From assembly GCF_009914755.1 (NCBI RefSeq), contig NC_060925.1: 64,000 bases of DNA. One strand, given 5' to 3'. The notes under the pieces were generated by a model, which saw nothing but the letters and a program-made list of their open reading frames with translations, searched no databases and was not told where the DNA came from. The position numbers and the translations under genes are program-made. Below are positions 62,501-64,000 of the stretch, piece after piece (position 1 is the stretch's first letter; each line of letters starts with the position of its first letter). This stretch comes from the human T2T-CHM13v2.0 reference genome, Homo sapiens.

Positions 62501-63933
62501 AATTATCCTCAAATGGAATCGAATGGAATTATCGAATGCAATCGAATGGAATTATCGAATGCAATCGAATAGAATCATCGAATAGATTCGAATGGAATCA
62601 TCGAATGGAATGGAATGGAACAGTCAATGAACTCGAATGGAATCATCATTGAATGGAATCGAATGGAATCATCGAGTGGAATCGAATGGAATTTTGATCA
62701 AAAGGAATCGAATGTAATCATCATCAAATGGAATCAAAAATAACAATCATCAATTGGTATTGAATGGAATTGTCATCAAATGGAATTCAAAGGAATCATC
62801 ATCAAATGGAACCGAATGGAATCCTCATTGAATGGAAATGAAAGGGGTCATCATCTAATGGAATCACATGGAATCATCATCAAATGGAATCGAAAGGAAT
62901 CATCATCAAATGGAATCTAATGGAATCATTGAACAGAATTGAATGGAATCGTCATCGAATGAATTGAATACAATCATCGAATGGTCTCGAATGGAATCAT
63001 CTTCTAATGGAAAGGAATGGAATCATCGCATAGAATCGAATGGAATTAACATTGAATGGACTCGAATGGAATCAACATCTAACGGAATCAAGCGGAATTA
63101 TCGAATGTAATCGAAGAGAACCATCGAATGGACTCGAATGGAATCATCTAATGGAATGGAATGGAATAATCCACGGACCCGAATGCAATCATCATCGTAT
63201 AGAATCGAATGGAATCATTGAATGGACTCGAATGGAATCATCATTGAACGGAATCGAATGGAATCATCATCGGATGGAAACGAATGGAATTATCATCGAA
63301 TGGAAATGAAAGGAGTCATCATCTAATGGAATCGCATGGAATCATCATAAAATGGAATTGAATGGAATCAACATCAAATGGAATCAAATGGAATCATTGA
63401 ACAGAATTGAATGGAATCGTCATCGTATGAATTGAATGCAATCATCGAATGGTCTCGAATGGAATCATCTTCAAATGGAATGGAATGGAATCATCGCATA
63501 GAATCGAATGGAATTATCATCGAATGGAATCGAAAGGTATCAACATCAAACGGAAAAAAACGGAATTATCGAATGGAATCGAAGAGAATCATCGAACGGA
63601 CCCGAATGGAATCATCTAATGGAAAGGAATGGAATAATCCATGGACTGGAATCCAATCATCATCGAATGGAATCGAATGGAATCATTGAAAGGACTCTAA
63701 TGGAATAATCATTGAACGGAATCGAATGGAATCATCATCGAATGGAAACTAATGGAATCATCATCGAATGGAAATGAAAGGAGTCATCTAATGGAATTGC
63801 ACGGAATCAACATAAAATGGAATCGAATGGAATCAACATCAAATGGAATGAAATGGAATCATTGAACGGAATTGAATGGAATCTTCATCGAATGAATTGA
63901 ATGCAATCATCGAATGGTCTCGAATGGAATCAT
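50565..63933 (+). repeat. Macro-repeat copy 2, containing an extra 3,550-bp tandem duplication
   Basis: ORF-track correspondences: 258->50822, 1371->51958, 3580->54167, 7033->61170, 9274->63411. The same private variants appear in the same order. Confidence 0.92.
53800..60900 (+). repeat. Tandem duplication of a 3,550-bp two-unit block (1776 + 1774 bp)
   Basis: Correspondences: 54167->57717, 55042->58592, 55844->59394, 56816->60366, all at offset 3550. Confidence 0.92.
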
Positions 63934-64000
63934 CGAATGGAATGGAATGGAACAGTCAATGAACTCGAATGGAATCATCATTGAATGGAATCGAATGGAA

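Larger units (their letters stand above)
1..64000 (+). repeat. Human satellite II (HSat2/HSATII) tandem array, GAATG strand
   Basis: The entire window consists of GAATG-derived pentamers with frequent TCGAATGGAATCATCATCGAATGGAA motifs. Their reverse complement contains CATTCGATTC, the established HSat2 hallmark; HSat3 instead has longer pure CATTC runs. TCGA/CpG density is high. I saw no unique sequence and no strand switch. Confidence 0.97.

Noticed and set aside
5-63708. Numerous + strand ORFs of 60-172 aa (MESSSNELNAII..., MKLKWMDSSSNG...)
   Set aside because: They are direct translations of GGAAT-derived pentamers (the MEWNG cycle). They overlap in all three frames, recur with each unit, and are freely broken by stops and frameshifts. 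There is no domain or gene structure. I used them only as coordinate landmarks.
1-64000. CRISPR-like array (23-26-bp repeats)
   Set aside because: There are no unique spacers and no cas genes. The intervening sequence is itself degenerate satellite.
1-64000. HSat3 / DYZ1 assignment, suggested by GGAAT and the 3,550-bp period
   Set aside because: Pure GGAAT runs are short (about 3-4 copies) and CGAAT/ATC motifs dominate, as in HSat2. The 3,550 bp is simply 1776 + 1774.
1-64000. Inversion or embedded transposon (Alu/L1) or unique island
   Set aside because: I saw no switch to CATTC orientation, no poly-A tail or target-site duplication, and no non-satellite stretch. The A-runs (e.g. ~1032) are part of the module.
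1-64000. CpG island or promoter, suggested by high CpG content
   Set aside because: The CpGs come from the TCGA satellite motif in an AT-rich background, a known HSat2 property.

Overview
The whole 64 kb window is one uninterrupted, single-orientation array of human (or great-ape) classical satellite II (HSat2/HSATII), shown on the GAATG strand. It is built from diverged GGAAT/CGAAT pentamers with ATC interruptions, grouped into 23- and 26-bp subunits. The most common unit is ~1,776 bp with one EcoRI site, which fits the chromosome 1q12 HSat2 (pUC1.77/D1Z1-type) array; this placement is an inference. I found no genes, RNA genes, transposons or CRISPR arrays, and all listed ORFs are translations of the satellite. 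The interest is structural. (1) Unit length follows 840 + n x 468 bp (n = 1-4). (2) A ~50.6-kb macro-repeat links positions 1-9.8 kb to 50.6-63.9 kb. (3) At least five local multi-kb duplications are nested inside the array (offsets 6157/4859, 4450/3982, 3711, 2202 and 3550 bp). (4) There are several microhomology-bounded deletions, chimeric modules and a length-neutral 26-bp register shift. Offsets were taken from the coordinates of the supplied ORF track and checked by eye against private variants, so duplication boundaries are approximate (about +/-100 bp). I see no evidence for a novel coding system.
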